From contig DAIDJG010000067.1 in assembly GCA_027451445.1 (NCBI GenBank), positions 414-64,413 of the forward strand: DNA of 64,000 nt, given 5' to 3'. Below the pieces are notes generated by a model, which saw only the letters and a list, made by a program, of their open reading frames with translations, made no database searches and was not told the origin of the DNA. The position numbers were made by a program, and so were the translations under genes. The DNA comes from Singulisphaera sp. GTDB taxonomy: Bacteria > Planctomycetota > Planctomycetia > Isosphaerales > Isosphaeraceae. Positions 47,060 through 55,333 of the stretch are shown here, one piece after another; positions within the stretch are counted from its first letter, which is position 1; every line of letters starts with the position of its first letter.

Positions 47060-47275
47060 GCGTCGCGACTCCGAGGTTGTCTCATATTGCGCAGGTTTGC
47101 GGCAAAGGCTGACCTAGTTTAGGCAGTCTCATCGGCAATGTCAACGGTCTGGCGATTCAGCTCGATCAAATCCGAGCGGCGATCGTGTTGGGGATTGACT
47201 CGCTGCCTGTATAATCTACGCGTTGGCGCGAAGAGGTTGCGAATCGCTTCCGATCAACGGGATAGGGGAAGTGCG

Positions 47276-47587
47276 ATGGCCACGGTCGGTTATGCTCATG
47301 TGGAAATCGACGAAGAGGGGAGACCGATCATCGCGGGCACCGGCTTCAAGGTGCGCATGATCGCGCTCGATCAGATCGCTCACGGCTTGGACGCTCCCGC
47401 CATTCAGAAGGCCCATCCTCATCTTAGCCTGGGCCAAATCCACTCCGCGCTGGCGTATTACTATGATCACAAGGAGGAAATGGATCGCGATATCGCTGAA
47501 CGTTATGAGCGTGTCCAGCGACTGAGGACGAACCACCAAGACTCACCTGGCCGGCGCAAATTGCGCGAACGTGGGCTCATTCCGTGA
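47276..47587 (+). CDS. DUF433 domain protein (antitoxin-like)
   Basis: ATG at 47276 follows 'aggggaag'. 'PIIAGTGFKVRMIALDQIAHGLDAPAIQKAHPHLSLGQIHSALAYYYDH'. Confidence 0.8.
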   Translation: MATVGYAHVEIDEEGRPIIAGTGFKVRMIALDQIAHGLDAPAIQKAHPHLSLGQIHSALAYYYDHKEEMDRDIAERYERVQRLRTNHQDSPGRRKLRERGLIP

Positions 47588-47934
47588 GCATCCTCCTCTA
47601 CATGGACCACCACGTCAATCGTTCCATCGCCGAAGGACTCCGGCGCCGCGGGGTCGACGTACTTACGTCCTTCGAGGACGGAACGGCAACATGGAGCGAC
47701 GAGGACCTTCTCACGCGCGCCACGGAACTGGGACGCGTACTGTTCACTCAGGACGACGACCTTCTCGAAATCGCCGCCCGCTGGCGCGCTGCGAATCGTG
47801 ATTTCACTGGTATCGTCTACGCACATCAGAATGATATCGACGTTGGCACGGCCGTGCGCGATCTGGAGCTCCTTGCAAAAGTTTACGGACGCGAGGATCT
47901 TCAGAACACCGTCGAATACCTTCCTTACTCCTGA
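47584..47934 (+). CDS. DUF5615 (PIN-like / Mut7-C-like) protein, putative toxin partner of DUF433
   Basis: GTGA overlap at 47584-47587. 'LLYMDHHVNRSIAEGLRRRGVDVLTSFEDG...LFTQDDDLLEIA'. Confidence 0.8.
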   Translation: MSILLYMDHHVNRSIAEGLRRRGVDVLTSFEDGTATWSDEDLLTRATELGRVLFTQDDDLLEIAARWRAANRDFTGIVYAHQNDIDVGTAVRDLELLAKVYGREDLQNTVEYLPYS

Positions 47935-48004
47935 TCAAATCCCCTCTATCGAAGGTCGCGATCGGCAATGATCCGGCGAACAGACACGACTTCGAAGTAG
48001 TCCC

Positions 48005-49714
48005 TCATTTCCCCTGCACCAGCGCCTTCGGGTCATCGAGCACCAAATAGTGCCCATGGTCCGCCGTGACAACCATCACCGACTCATCCCAGTTGCTGTG
48101 CTTCTCGACCCAATCGATGACCACTCGCAACGCATCCTCGCCGCTGTAGACCGCCCCGACGGCGTTGTCGAGGTTGTTCTTGTGCAGCGCGAAGTCGACG
48201 TCTCCGGCCTCGACGAACAGGGCGAAGCGCTGATCCGGCTTTGATCCCAGCACGGCCAGCGCAGCAGCGGTCATATCGGCCAGAGTGGGCTGCTCCTGCA
48301 ACTGCGCTCCACTGTAGTGTTCGGCTTTGCCGTCGATGTCCGGGGAAGGGTCGAACTTGCCGTCGGCCGTGCGGTAGGGGAGGTGGTTGAGGCTCTTGTC
48401 GCCGAAGAGACCGAAGAGCCGGTATCCCTTGTCGGCGGCCTGCTCGGCGGCCTCGCGCACGATGCGGCTCCCTGAGGCTCCAGGGGTCGTCTGGGCGATC
48501 AGGTATTTGCCGCCGCGCTGGACATCGATCGCGGCGAGGTCGGCCGCGGTGATGTGCAGCCCGCCGTCCATCGCGTTGGCCCCTTGAGCCTTCAGGCTCT
48601 TCTCGTTCATGAGCTGGCCGAAGCCGGTCCCCATCACGACGTCGAGCCCTTCGTGGCGCTCGTCTCGTTTCGTCTCGAGGCCAATGTGGGAGAGGCCGAG
48701 CATGTCGCGGGCAAGGTCTTGGTAGTCGTCGCGATGGACGTTGTGGGCGTACATCGCGGCTGGCGAGGCGTGATTGAACGGCACGCTCGTCACGGTACCG
48801 ATCTTCCACCCGTCGGCTTGCAGATCCTGAAAGAGCGTGGGGACGAAGCGGCCGTCGTCGGTAACATTCAGGCCGTTGTTGTACGCCTTCCGGCCGCTGA
48901 CGAACTCGGCTGCACTGGTGGACGAGTCGGTGTAGGCGTGCAGCATGCGTCCGACAGCCGCGACCCCTTTCTTATCGCCCGCGTCAGCCGACTGCCCCTT
49001 GAGATACCCGGGGGCCTTGGTGCCGAGCGGGCCGAGCGTCCACGGATTCGGGCCGGCAATCCGGACATCGTAACCGCCACTGAGGCTGCTGGTGGGAATG
49101 GAAACGGTCTGGGCATTGAGGTCAGGTCGGTTTTGGTCGTGGGTTGGGGCCGTGACGTAGTAGCCGAACTGGGCCGAGCCGCCGGCGTCGAAGTCCTGGA
49201 AGAGCAGGCCCGCCCCCTTGCCCTCAGTATAAACTCGCCCCGTTTTGGCGATCGCGGCGGCCTGCGTGGTCGGCCAGTCGAGCCCGTCGAACCAGACGAT
49301 GAAGAGGTGTTTGGCTCCGCGCGCCACGGCCTCGCGCTGCACGCGGTAGAAATCGCTCTGGTCGGCGTACTCCGCCTCGGGATTCACGGTGTTCTCGGGG
49401 AGAAAGCCGTACAGCGCTTTGAGGCGTTCGGGATCTCGGTAAACGCTATTCGACCCCGTAATACGACCGGCATCGGCCTTGCGCCCGAAGACGTAAAACG
49501 GGATGAGCCGGTTCGTGTGGCTGGCGTGGTTCGAGAACACGCCGCCCGCGCCTTGTGACCCGAAGTGGTAGGCCCTGGGCGCCTTCTCCTTGGCATTCGC
49601 GATATAAGACGTCTGCAAATCCTTGAGCACGTCCGCCGCATGAGCTGGGAGGCCCAGGGCGATCGAGATCAAGACGGCGGAGGGGCTGAGTCGGCGAAAC
49701 GCGTGCGCAGTCAC
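48005..49714 (-). CDS. Secreted alkaline phosphatase family protein
   Basis: Signal peptide 'LISIALGLPAHAADV'. 'YTDSSTSAAEFVSG' gives the nucleophile Ser context. 'VVTADHGH'. Confidence 0.85.
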   Translation of the reverse strand: MTAHAFRRLSPSAVLISIALGLPAHAADVLKDLQTSYIANAKEKAPRAYHFGSQGAGGVFSNHASHTNRLIPFYVFGRKADAGRITGSNSVYRDPERLKALYGFLPENTVNPEAEYADQSDFYRVQREAVARGAKHLFIVWFDGLDWPTTQAAAIAKTGRVYTEGKGAGLLFQDFDAGGSAQFGYYVTAPTHDQNRPDLNAQTVSIPTSSLSGGYDVRIAGPNPWTLGPLGTKAPGYLKGQSADAGDKKGVAAVGRMLHAYTDSSTSAAEFVSGRKAYNNGLNVTDDGRFVPTLFQDLQADGWKIGTVTSVPFNHASPAAMYAHNVHRDDYQDLARDMLGLSHIGLETKRDERHEGLDVVMGTGFGQLMNEKSLKAQGANAMDGGLHITAADLAAIDVQRGGKYLIAQTTPGASGSRIVREAAEQAADKGYRLFGLFGDKSLNHLPYRTADGKFDPSPDIDGKAEHYSGAQLQEQPTLADMTAAALAVLGSKPDQRFALFVEAGDVDFALHKNNLDNAVGAVYSGEDALRVVIDWVEKHSNWDESVMVVTADHGHYLVLDDPKALVQGK

Positions 49715-49804
49715 GAAGAGTCTCCCGGCAATCGTTACGAGGTCGCGCCACGGGGCATTTTCCGGACCATGGTAACAGACGGCCGGGTCGACAGGCCAGT
49801 TGCG

Positions 49805-50464
49805 TCAGCGCGCGGCTGAGAGCGAGTTCGGAGCAGCGTCGAAGGGCGCGAGCACGGGCTGAGCCGGCGTGTTGTCGTGGACGAGCCCCCCGGCCTTCCC
49901 CACGAAGTAGCTCCGGCCGCTGGCGACTTCGAGGTTGTAGACGAGCTGTTCCTGGTCCGGCTCAACTTTCTGCACCCGCGCTGAGCCGCCGAGGGTCCGC
50001 AGGGTATCGCCCGGCTTGAGTTCGCGCGCCATGACCCAGCCTTTGCCCGCTTTCCAGAAGCGGTGGATGCCCGTGGAGACGATCGCCTCGCCCTGGCCTT
50101 CGAGCGTGATGCGCAGGGTTTGGTTCGGCGGGTTGTGGAACACGGCGACGATCGGCTGGTACTGGAGCGAGCCGCTCTCGGCGTCCTGGGTCAGGACCTG
50201 ATCGCCCACGCGCAAGGTCTCGATCGCCCGTGTGCCGTCGAGGGTACGAACGAGGGTGCCTGCGGCGAAGCAGCGGTGGCTCGGACGTGGAATCGACCGC
50301 GAGTAAACCGTCATCCGCACGTTTTGTTGAATTTGGGTCCTGCGCGGCTGGATGGTCGGGATCACGTAACCTTCGTGACCGGCCCACCACGACTTCCACG
50401 CGACGGGCTCGACCCCAGCCACCCAAAGTTTTCCATCTTCGCGCACGAACTGTTGGGCACCCAC
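49805..50464 (-). CDS. Stand-alone Hint (Hedgehog/intein, bacterial intein-like) domain protein
   Basis: Block A 'CFAAGTLVRTLDG..IE.LRVGDQVLT', block B 'STGIH', and C-terminal 'VYNLEV...YFVGKAGGLVHDN' followed by only 21 aa. Confidence 0.75.
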   Translation of the reverse strand: MGAQQFVREDGKLWVAGVEPVAWKSWWAGHEGYVIPTIQPRRTQIQQNVRMTVYSRSIPRPSHRCFAAGTLVRTLDGTRAIETLRVGDQVLTQDAESGSLQYQPIVAVFHNPPNQTLRITLEGQGEAIVSTGIHRFWKAGKGWVMARELKPGDTLRTLGGSARVQKVEPDQEQLVYNLEVASGRSYFVGKAGGLVHDNTPAQPVLAPFDAAPNSLSAAR

Positions 50465-50591
50465 AAAAAATGGAGGTGGCTCGGCCCCGAAAGTGCTAGC
50501 GTTGGCCGAGACAGAACCCCGTTGGCTTGCCGTCTTCGACGGTGCACAATGGTGTGCATTCCGACCGAATCACTTGCGCGGAGGGGGTCCG

Positions 50592-51833
50592 GTGCTGCGT
50601 GACGTCTTGGCGATCGTACTCGCGGGAGGAAAGGGAACTCGACTGGAACCACTCACGCGCGATCGGGCGAAGCCGGCGGTCCCGTTTGGCGGGATCTATC
50701 GGATCATCGACTTCACGCTCTCCAACTGCATCAATTCTGACCTGCGCAAGATCCTCGTGCTCACGCAGTACAAGGCCGTCAGCCTGAGCCGGCATATCGA
50801 CCAGGGGTGGAAGTTCCTCTGCCGTGAGCTCGATGAGTACATCGAGGTCATCCCTCCGCAGCAGCGCATCGCCGAGCACTGGTACCAGGGGACCGCCGAC
50901 GCGATCTACCAGAACGTCTATACGATCGAGAAGGCTGCGCCCCGCGATACGCTCATCCTCGCCGGCGATCATATCTACAAGATGAACTACGCGCAGATGA
51001 TCGAGTTCCACCGCGAGCGGCGGGCGGACCTGACGATCGCTTGCTTGCCGGTGCCGAGGCTCGAGGCGCGCGAGTTCGGCGTGATGGCGGTCGACGCCTC
51101 CGGGCGCGTGACGAGCTTCCTGGAGAAGCCCAAGGATCCGCCCGGCATGCCCGAGAATCCGGAGCAGGCCCTCGCATCGATGGGGATCTACGTTTTCGAC
51201 ACGAACGTGATGTACGAGCTCCTGTTCCAGGACGCTGCCAAGAAAGAAAACAGCGGGCACGACTTCGGCAGGGATATCATTCCGTCGATGCTCAAACACT
51301 CGCGCGTCTTCGCCTACCCATTCCGCGACGAGAACCGCAAGCAGGCCGCCTACTGGCGGGACGTGGGGACGCTCGACGCGTACTACCAGACCACCATGGA
51401 CCTGATTCAGATCGACCCGATCTTGAACCTGTACGACCGCGCCTGGCCGATCCACACCTATCAGCCGCCGATGCCTCCGCCCAAGTTCGTCCACACCGAT
51501 CCGGACCGCCGAGGCGCCGCGTTCAACTCGATCGTCTGTCAGGGGGCCATCGTCTCGGGCGGCCAGGTCTACCGCAGCATCATCTCGCCCGGCGTACGCA
51601 TCAACAGCTTCGCCCTCGTCGAGGACTCGATCCTCTTCGACCACGTCGAAGTCGGCCGCCACGCCCGCATCCGCCGCGCCATCATCGACAAGGACGTCCG
51701 CATCCCCGCCGGCTTCGATATCGGCTGGAACCGCGACGCCGACCGCGCTCGGGGATTGCACATTACCGATGACGGGGTAACGGTCGTCGCCAAGAGCGAG
51801 GATCTGGAGAGGTTTACGCCGCAGGGGGGGTGA
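50592..51833 (+). CDS. glgC: Glucose-1-phosphate adenylyltransferase
   Basis: 'AIVLAGGKGTRLEPLTRDRAKPAVPFGG.YRIIDFTLSNC', 'QGTADA'. The GTG at 50592 follows 'ggaggggg'; the listed ORF begins at 50493. Confidence 0.95.
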   Translation: MLRDVLAIVLAGGKGTRLEPLTRDRAKPAVPFGGIYRIIDFTLSNCINSDLRKILVLTQYKAVSLSRHIDQGWKFLCRELDEYIEVIPPQQRIAEHWYQGTADAIYQNVYTIEKAAPRDTLILAGDHIYKMNYAQMIEFHRERRADLTIACLPVPRLEAREFGVMAVDASGRVTSFLEKPKDPPGMPENPEQALASMGIYVFDTNVMYELLFQDAAKKENSGHDFGRDIIPSMLKHSRVFAYPFRDENRKQAAYWRDVGTLDAYYQTTMDLIQIDPILNLYDRAWPIHTYQPPMPPPKFVHTDPDRRGAAFNSIVCQGAIVSGGQVYRSIISPGVRINSFALVEDSILFDHVEVGRHARIRRAIIDKDVRIPAGFDIGWNRDADRARGLHITDDGVTVVAKSEDLERFTPQGG

Positions 51834-51930
51834 CGGTTGGCTGTTTCTCGATCGGCACGGTAATATTGGGGATAGGGCCCCCAGTGCGAGCCGCATTGGG
51901 GGAATAGCCGGGCGCGAGCGAGACGTTTCC

Positions 51931-52191
51931 ATGGCAAGCTTAACCGTGACCTTACCCGAACACACGTCGGAGTGCATCGAACTCCTCGTGTCCCGCGGGG
52001 CGATCTCCGACGCAACGACCTACCTCGAAGACCTCGTCTTGCAAGACTGGCTACGCCGCAACGAGAAGCGCGTTGAGGACCTTCTGATCGAAGGACTGAA
52101 CTCCGGCCCGTCGACGCCATTCACGTCCCACGAATGGGACGACATGAAGCAGCGCCTGCGGGACCGGCTTGCGGCACAGCATAACCCATGA
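51931..52191 (+). CDS. parD: ParD-family (RHH) antitoxin
   Basis: 'LTVTLPEHTSECIELLVSRGAISDATTYLEDLV....LLIEGLNSGP'. Confidence 0.8.
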   Translation: MASLTVTLPEHTSECIELLVSRGAISDATTYLEDLVLQDWLRRNEKRVEDLLIEGLNSGPSTPFTSHEWDDMKQRLRDRLAAQHNP

Positions 52192-52502
52192 AGCGACCTG
52201 TCATTCGAACGCCGCAGGCGCAAGCGGATATTGAAGACCTCGCCTTTTTTCTCGGGCAGAGGAGCGAAGCCGTGGGCCTTCGTTTCCTCGACGCGGTAGA
52301 CCAAACGATTCAGCGCCTTGTGGCGATGCCAGGCACAGGCGCCTTATTTGACACCAAGAAGCCGGACCTCTCCGGGCTTCGCTGCTCGACCGTCAGTGGC
52401 TTCCGAAACCATCTTATTTTCTACAGGCCGACGAGAGAGGGGATCGAGATCATCCGGGTTTTGCACGGTGCACGTGACGTTGAAAGAGTTATCGACCGCT
52501 AG
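52188..52502 (+). CDS. parE: ParE-family toxin
   Basis: ATGA overlap with parD. 'RTPQAQADIEDLAFFLGQRS...FRNHLIFYRPTREGIEIIRVLHGARD'. Confidence 0.85.
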   Translation: MKRPVIRTPQAQADIEDLAFFLGQRSEAVGLRFLDAVDQTIQRLVAMPGTGALFDTKKPDLSGLRCSTVSGFRNHLIFYRPTREGIEIIRVLHGARDVERVIDR

Positions 52503-52554
52503 AACCGCTGGCGGCAGCAGGAACATTTTCCGCCGAGTCATCGTCGGCAAGTAC

Positions 52555-52608
52555 GGCCACATCTTCCCGGCTTCGACATCGGCTGGAACCGCGACGTCGA
52601 GCGAGCTA
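52555..52608 (+). pseudogene. Decayed duplicate of the glgC 3' end
   Basis: 52567-52603 ('ccggcttcgacatcggctggaaccgcgacgtcgagcg') matches 51709-51745 at 34 of 37 positions. It encodes 'PGFDIGWNRDVERA', against GlgC 'PAGFDIGWNRDADRA'. Upstream similarity continues with a 1-nt indel. Confidence 0.6.
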
Positions 52609-52698
52609 TTCTCGCAGGGGTGAGTGTTGAGAAGTTCGCCAAGCTGTTGCTCGCTGGACGTACGTCCCGAGCGAAAACCGCTGGTTTGACGTGTGGTC

Positions 52699-53523
52699 CT
52701 ACGTCGTGTCCCCCCGAGGTGGTGAGAATTCCGTCGTCCAGTTGACCGGCGGCACGGGCACGCGCAGCAGGTGCTCTTCAATCCCCTCCGCCTTGCGATA
52801 CATCTTGTGCGTTCGCGCGGGCGTCGCCGCCACGCGCCGCCGTTCCGTGCGCCAGCGCAGCAGCTCGGTTCCGGCTTCGGGCTCGACGTGCATGATCGGT
52901 GCTTCGAAGGCCGTCGAGGCATCGAAGGTCGCGTGCGGAACGGGCACGAGCTGGGCCACGCTCTCACCGGCGGCGAAGGTTACCGTGCCGGGCTCGATGA
53001 GTTTCCAGTTCATCGTGAACGTGTAGTTGAGCCACCACGTCTCGATGATCCCTTCGAGCGGCGCGCAGTTCGCTTTCCAGCGATTGGTCGGCCCTTTCAC
53101 CATGAGGTCCCAACCTCGAGGGGTCCGGAACAGCCAGGGGGGAGAAAAGGTCACGATCCCGGACCCGAAATGGCTCCGGACCGAGAGGTGGTGCTTGGGA
53201 TCGACCAATACCTGAAGAGATTCGGGCCGCTGGCCGCCGTCCCAGGTGACCTGGACGTCGGTGGGGCAGAGCATTTGCCAGCCCCACTGGTTCGCCATGA
53301 CCAGCGGAAGGCACTGGTATGAGTGGGGATCCTGGTCCATCCAGTGCCGTCGAGGCGGACCAGGCCGCAACTTCCAGCCTTCGCCCCAACCCGCCTCCAC
53401 AGTGCGCAGAGCCTTTAGACGGAACGTCGGCAACGCCTGCTGACGCAGCTCGTCGACCTCTCGCTCCAACTCGGCCACGCGCGCTTCCAGTTCCTGCGTA
53501 CGAGGGTCGGGCTCGGTGCTCAT
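52699..53523 (-). CDS. Conserved hypothetical protein (DUF6065-like by recollection)
   Basis: ATG at 53523. It has an N-terminal coiled coil, then 'CLPLVMANQWGWQMLCPTDVQVTWDGG'. The family assignment is tentative. Confidence 0.6.
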   Translation of the reverse strand: MSTEPDPRTQELEARVAELEREVDELRQQALPTFRLKALRTVEAGWGEGWKLRPGPPRRHWMDQDPHSYQCLPLVMANQWGWQMLCPTDVQVTWDGGQRPESLQVLVDPKHHLSVRSHFGSGIVTFSPPWLFRTPRGWDLMVKGPTNRWKANCAPLEGIIETWWLNYTFTMNWKLIEPGTVTFAAGESVAQLVPVPHATFDASTAFEAPIMHVEPEAGTELLRWRTERRRVAATPARTHKMYRKAEGIEEHLLRVPVPPVNWTTEFSPPRGDTT

Positions 53524-53531
53524 GGGTCGGT

Positions 53532-54347
53532 TCAATCTCGAACGAACAAGAATCGGGCATAGGCCACGTGGAAGCCGAGACGCTCCGCATTGCGCTGGGA
53601 GGCGCTGCCGGGCTGAGTGCAGATCACGGCAAGGTCCGCGCCGAGACGCCCGGCGTGCGCAAGCCGGGCGCGGAGCAGGGCGGTCTGCACACCTTGACCC
53701 CGGTATGCCGGCAAAACGCCGTCACCAGCGAACATCGCTGCACCGTCGATGACGAACAAGGTCGCGCCACCTGCGGGTTCATCACCGATCCGAGCCAGCC
53801 AGCAGCTTGCCGAGGGGATCTCGACCGAGTCGAGCAGCGATTCGTACAACCCGGCGGGAGGCGATTCCGAACCCTCAAAAAATGAGCCGATCACGGTCTG
53901 CGCCCAGAGGGCAGCGGTTTCGGGCTCAGGACCGATCAGCTCGACCTGCACCGGCCCCCGCGTCTCGGGGGACGGCCCACCCGGCACAATCGGCCGAACG
54001 AGCATGTGCGACGGCTCCGACGGTCGATAGCCTCTCTGGCCCAGCAGCGCCCAGAGCGAGGGATCGGCGAGCGTGCAGACCTCGATCGGCGTGGGCGCGT
54101 CCCGCGCTGCAAAAAAGGCCTCCACACGGTCGAGATCAGCCGGATCGACCGGTCCGTTCAGCCCGAGTCCCTGCGCCTGGGAGACCGGCGACCCTGCGCC
54201 GAAAAACACGGCGTTTCCGCCGCCGACCGCCTCGATCGCGACCCCGGCCCCGGGATGCCGCCGCGCGTGGGCCTCGGCACAGGCCACCGTGGAAGCGGCC
54301 CAGGCGCTCTCGACGCGTCGTGCAAGAGCCAAATCGGCGATCAACAT
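53532..54347 (-). CDS. GNAT family N-acetyltransferase
   Basis: The C-terminal acetyl-CoA site is 'VLPAYRGQGVQTALLRARLAHAGRLGADLAV...ASQRNAERLGF'. Confidence 0.85.
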   Translation of the reverse strand: MLIADLALARRVESAWAASTVACAEAHARRHPGAGVAIEAVGGGNAVFFGAGSPVSQAQGLGLNGPVDPADLDRVEAFFAARDAPTPIEVCTLADPSLWALLGQRGYRPSEPSHMLVRPIVPGGPSPETRGPVQVELIGPEPETAALWAQTVIGSFFEGSESPPAGLYESLLDSVEIPSASCWLARIGDEPAGGATLFVIDGAAMFAGDGVLPAYRGQGVQTALLRARLAHAGRLGADLAVICTQPGSASQRNAERLGFHVAYARFLFVRD

Positions 54348-54518
54348 GCGGTTCTCTTTCGGCTGCGGGTGTCGTTCGTCTCCGCTTCAGACTGCTCGGT
54401 CGGCGCGGATTCCTGAAAGTACGACCGGGTGGAGGATTCACGGCCAGGCGGTTATCGTGGGCAAGAACTGAGACACGACTCGACCTTATCCTGCGACGAG
54501 ACTCGACGAGGAAGTGCT

Positions 54519-55217
54519 ATGGCCACCCGCGTGCAATGGTTGGGGCATTCGTGCCTGTTGTTCGAAAGTGACGGACGCCGCGTCCTGGTCGATCCGTTCC
54601 TCACCGGGAACCCCGCGGCCGCAGCGCGCGCGGAGGAGGTCGCGGCCGACCTGATCTGCATCTCACACGGCCACGGCGATCACATCGGCGACGCCGTCGC
54701 GATCGCCCGGCGCACGGGTGCCACGGTGCTCTCCAACTACGAGATCAGCGAGTGGCTCCAGGCCGGAGACCGGAACCTCCCGAAGGTGCTCGGCCTCCAG
54801 CACGGCGGGGGCGTGCTCTTCGACGGCTTCGTCCACGTGAAGCTGACCCTGGCGTTTCACGGCTCCGCCCTGCCCGACGGCAGCAACGGCGGCAACCCCT
54901 GCGGATTCCTGCTCACATTCGCCGATGGGACCAAAATCTACGACGCCGCCGACACTGGCCTGTTCGGCGACATGAAGCTCATCGGCGAGGAAGGGCTCGA
55001 CCTCGCCCTCTTGCCGATCGGCGACTTCTACACCATGGGACCTGACGACGCCCTGCGCGCGGTCAAGTTCCTGGAACCCAAGCGCGTCGTCCCGATCCAC
55101 TTCAACACCTTCCCGCCCATCCGTCAGGACGCCGGCGCGTGGGCCACCCGAGTCCGGCAAGAAACCAAAACGGAACCAACCGTCCTCACTCCCGGTGAGT
55201 GGCTAAACCTCAACTAA
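54519..55217 (+). CDS. Metal-dependent hydrolase, UPF0173 / MBL-fold
   Basis: ATG at 54519 gives 'MATRVQWLGHSCLLFE...VLVDPFLTGNP...ISHGHGDHIGD'. Confidence 0.9.
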   Translation: MATRVQWLGHSCLLFESDGRRVLVDPFLTGNPAAAARAEEVAADLICISHGHGDHIGDAVAIARRTGATVLSNYEISEWLQAGDRNLPKVLGLQHGGGVLFDGFVHVKLTLAFHGSALPDGSNGGNPCGFLLTFADGTKIYDAADTGLFGDMKLIGEEGLDLALLPIGDFYTMGPDDALRAVKFLEPKRVVPIHFNTFPPIRQDAGAWATRVRQETKTEPTVLTPGEWLNLN

Positions 55218-55233
55218 TACAGAAATCATTTAC

Positions 55234-55316
55234 CCGCAGACAACGCAGATGAACGCAGATTCTGAAAGACATGGAGATTAAGATTTCTAATCTGCGTTTA
55301 TCTGCGTCATCTGCGG
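55234..55316. terminator. Long imperfect hairpin between convergent genes (repeat-family palindrome, candidate bidirectional terminator)
   Basis: 55234-55261 ('ccgcagacaacgcagatgaacgcagatt') is the reverse complement of 55289-55316 with 3 mismatches. The arms are built of iterated 'acgcagat' units. Confidence 0.55.
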
Positions 55317-55333
55317 ATAAAATGTCTTCAGTT

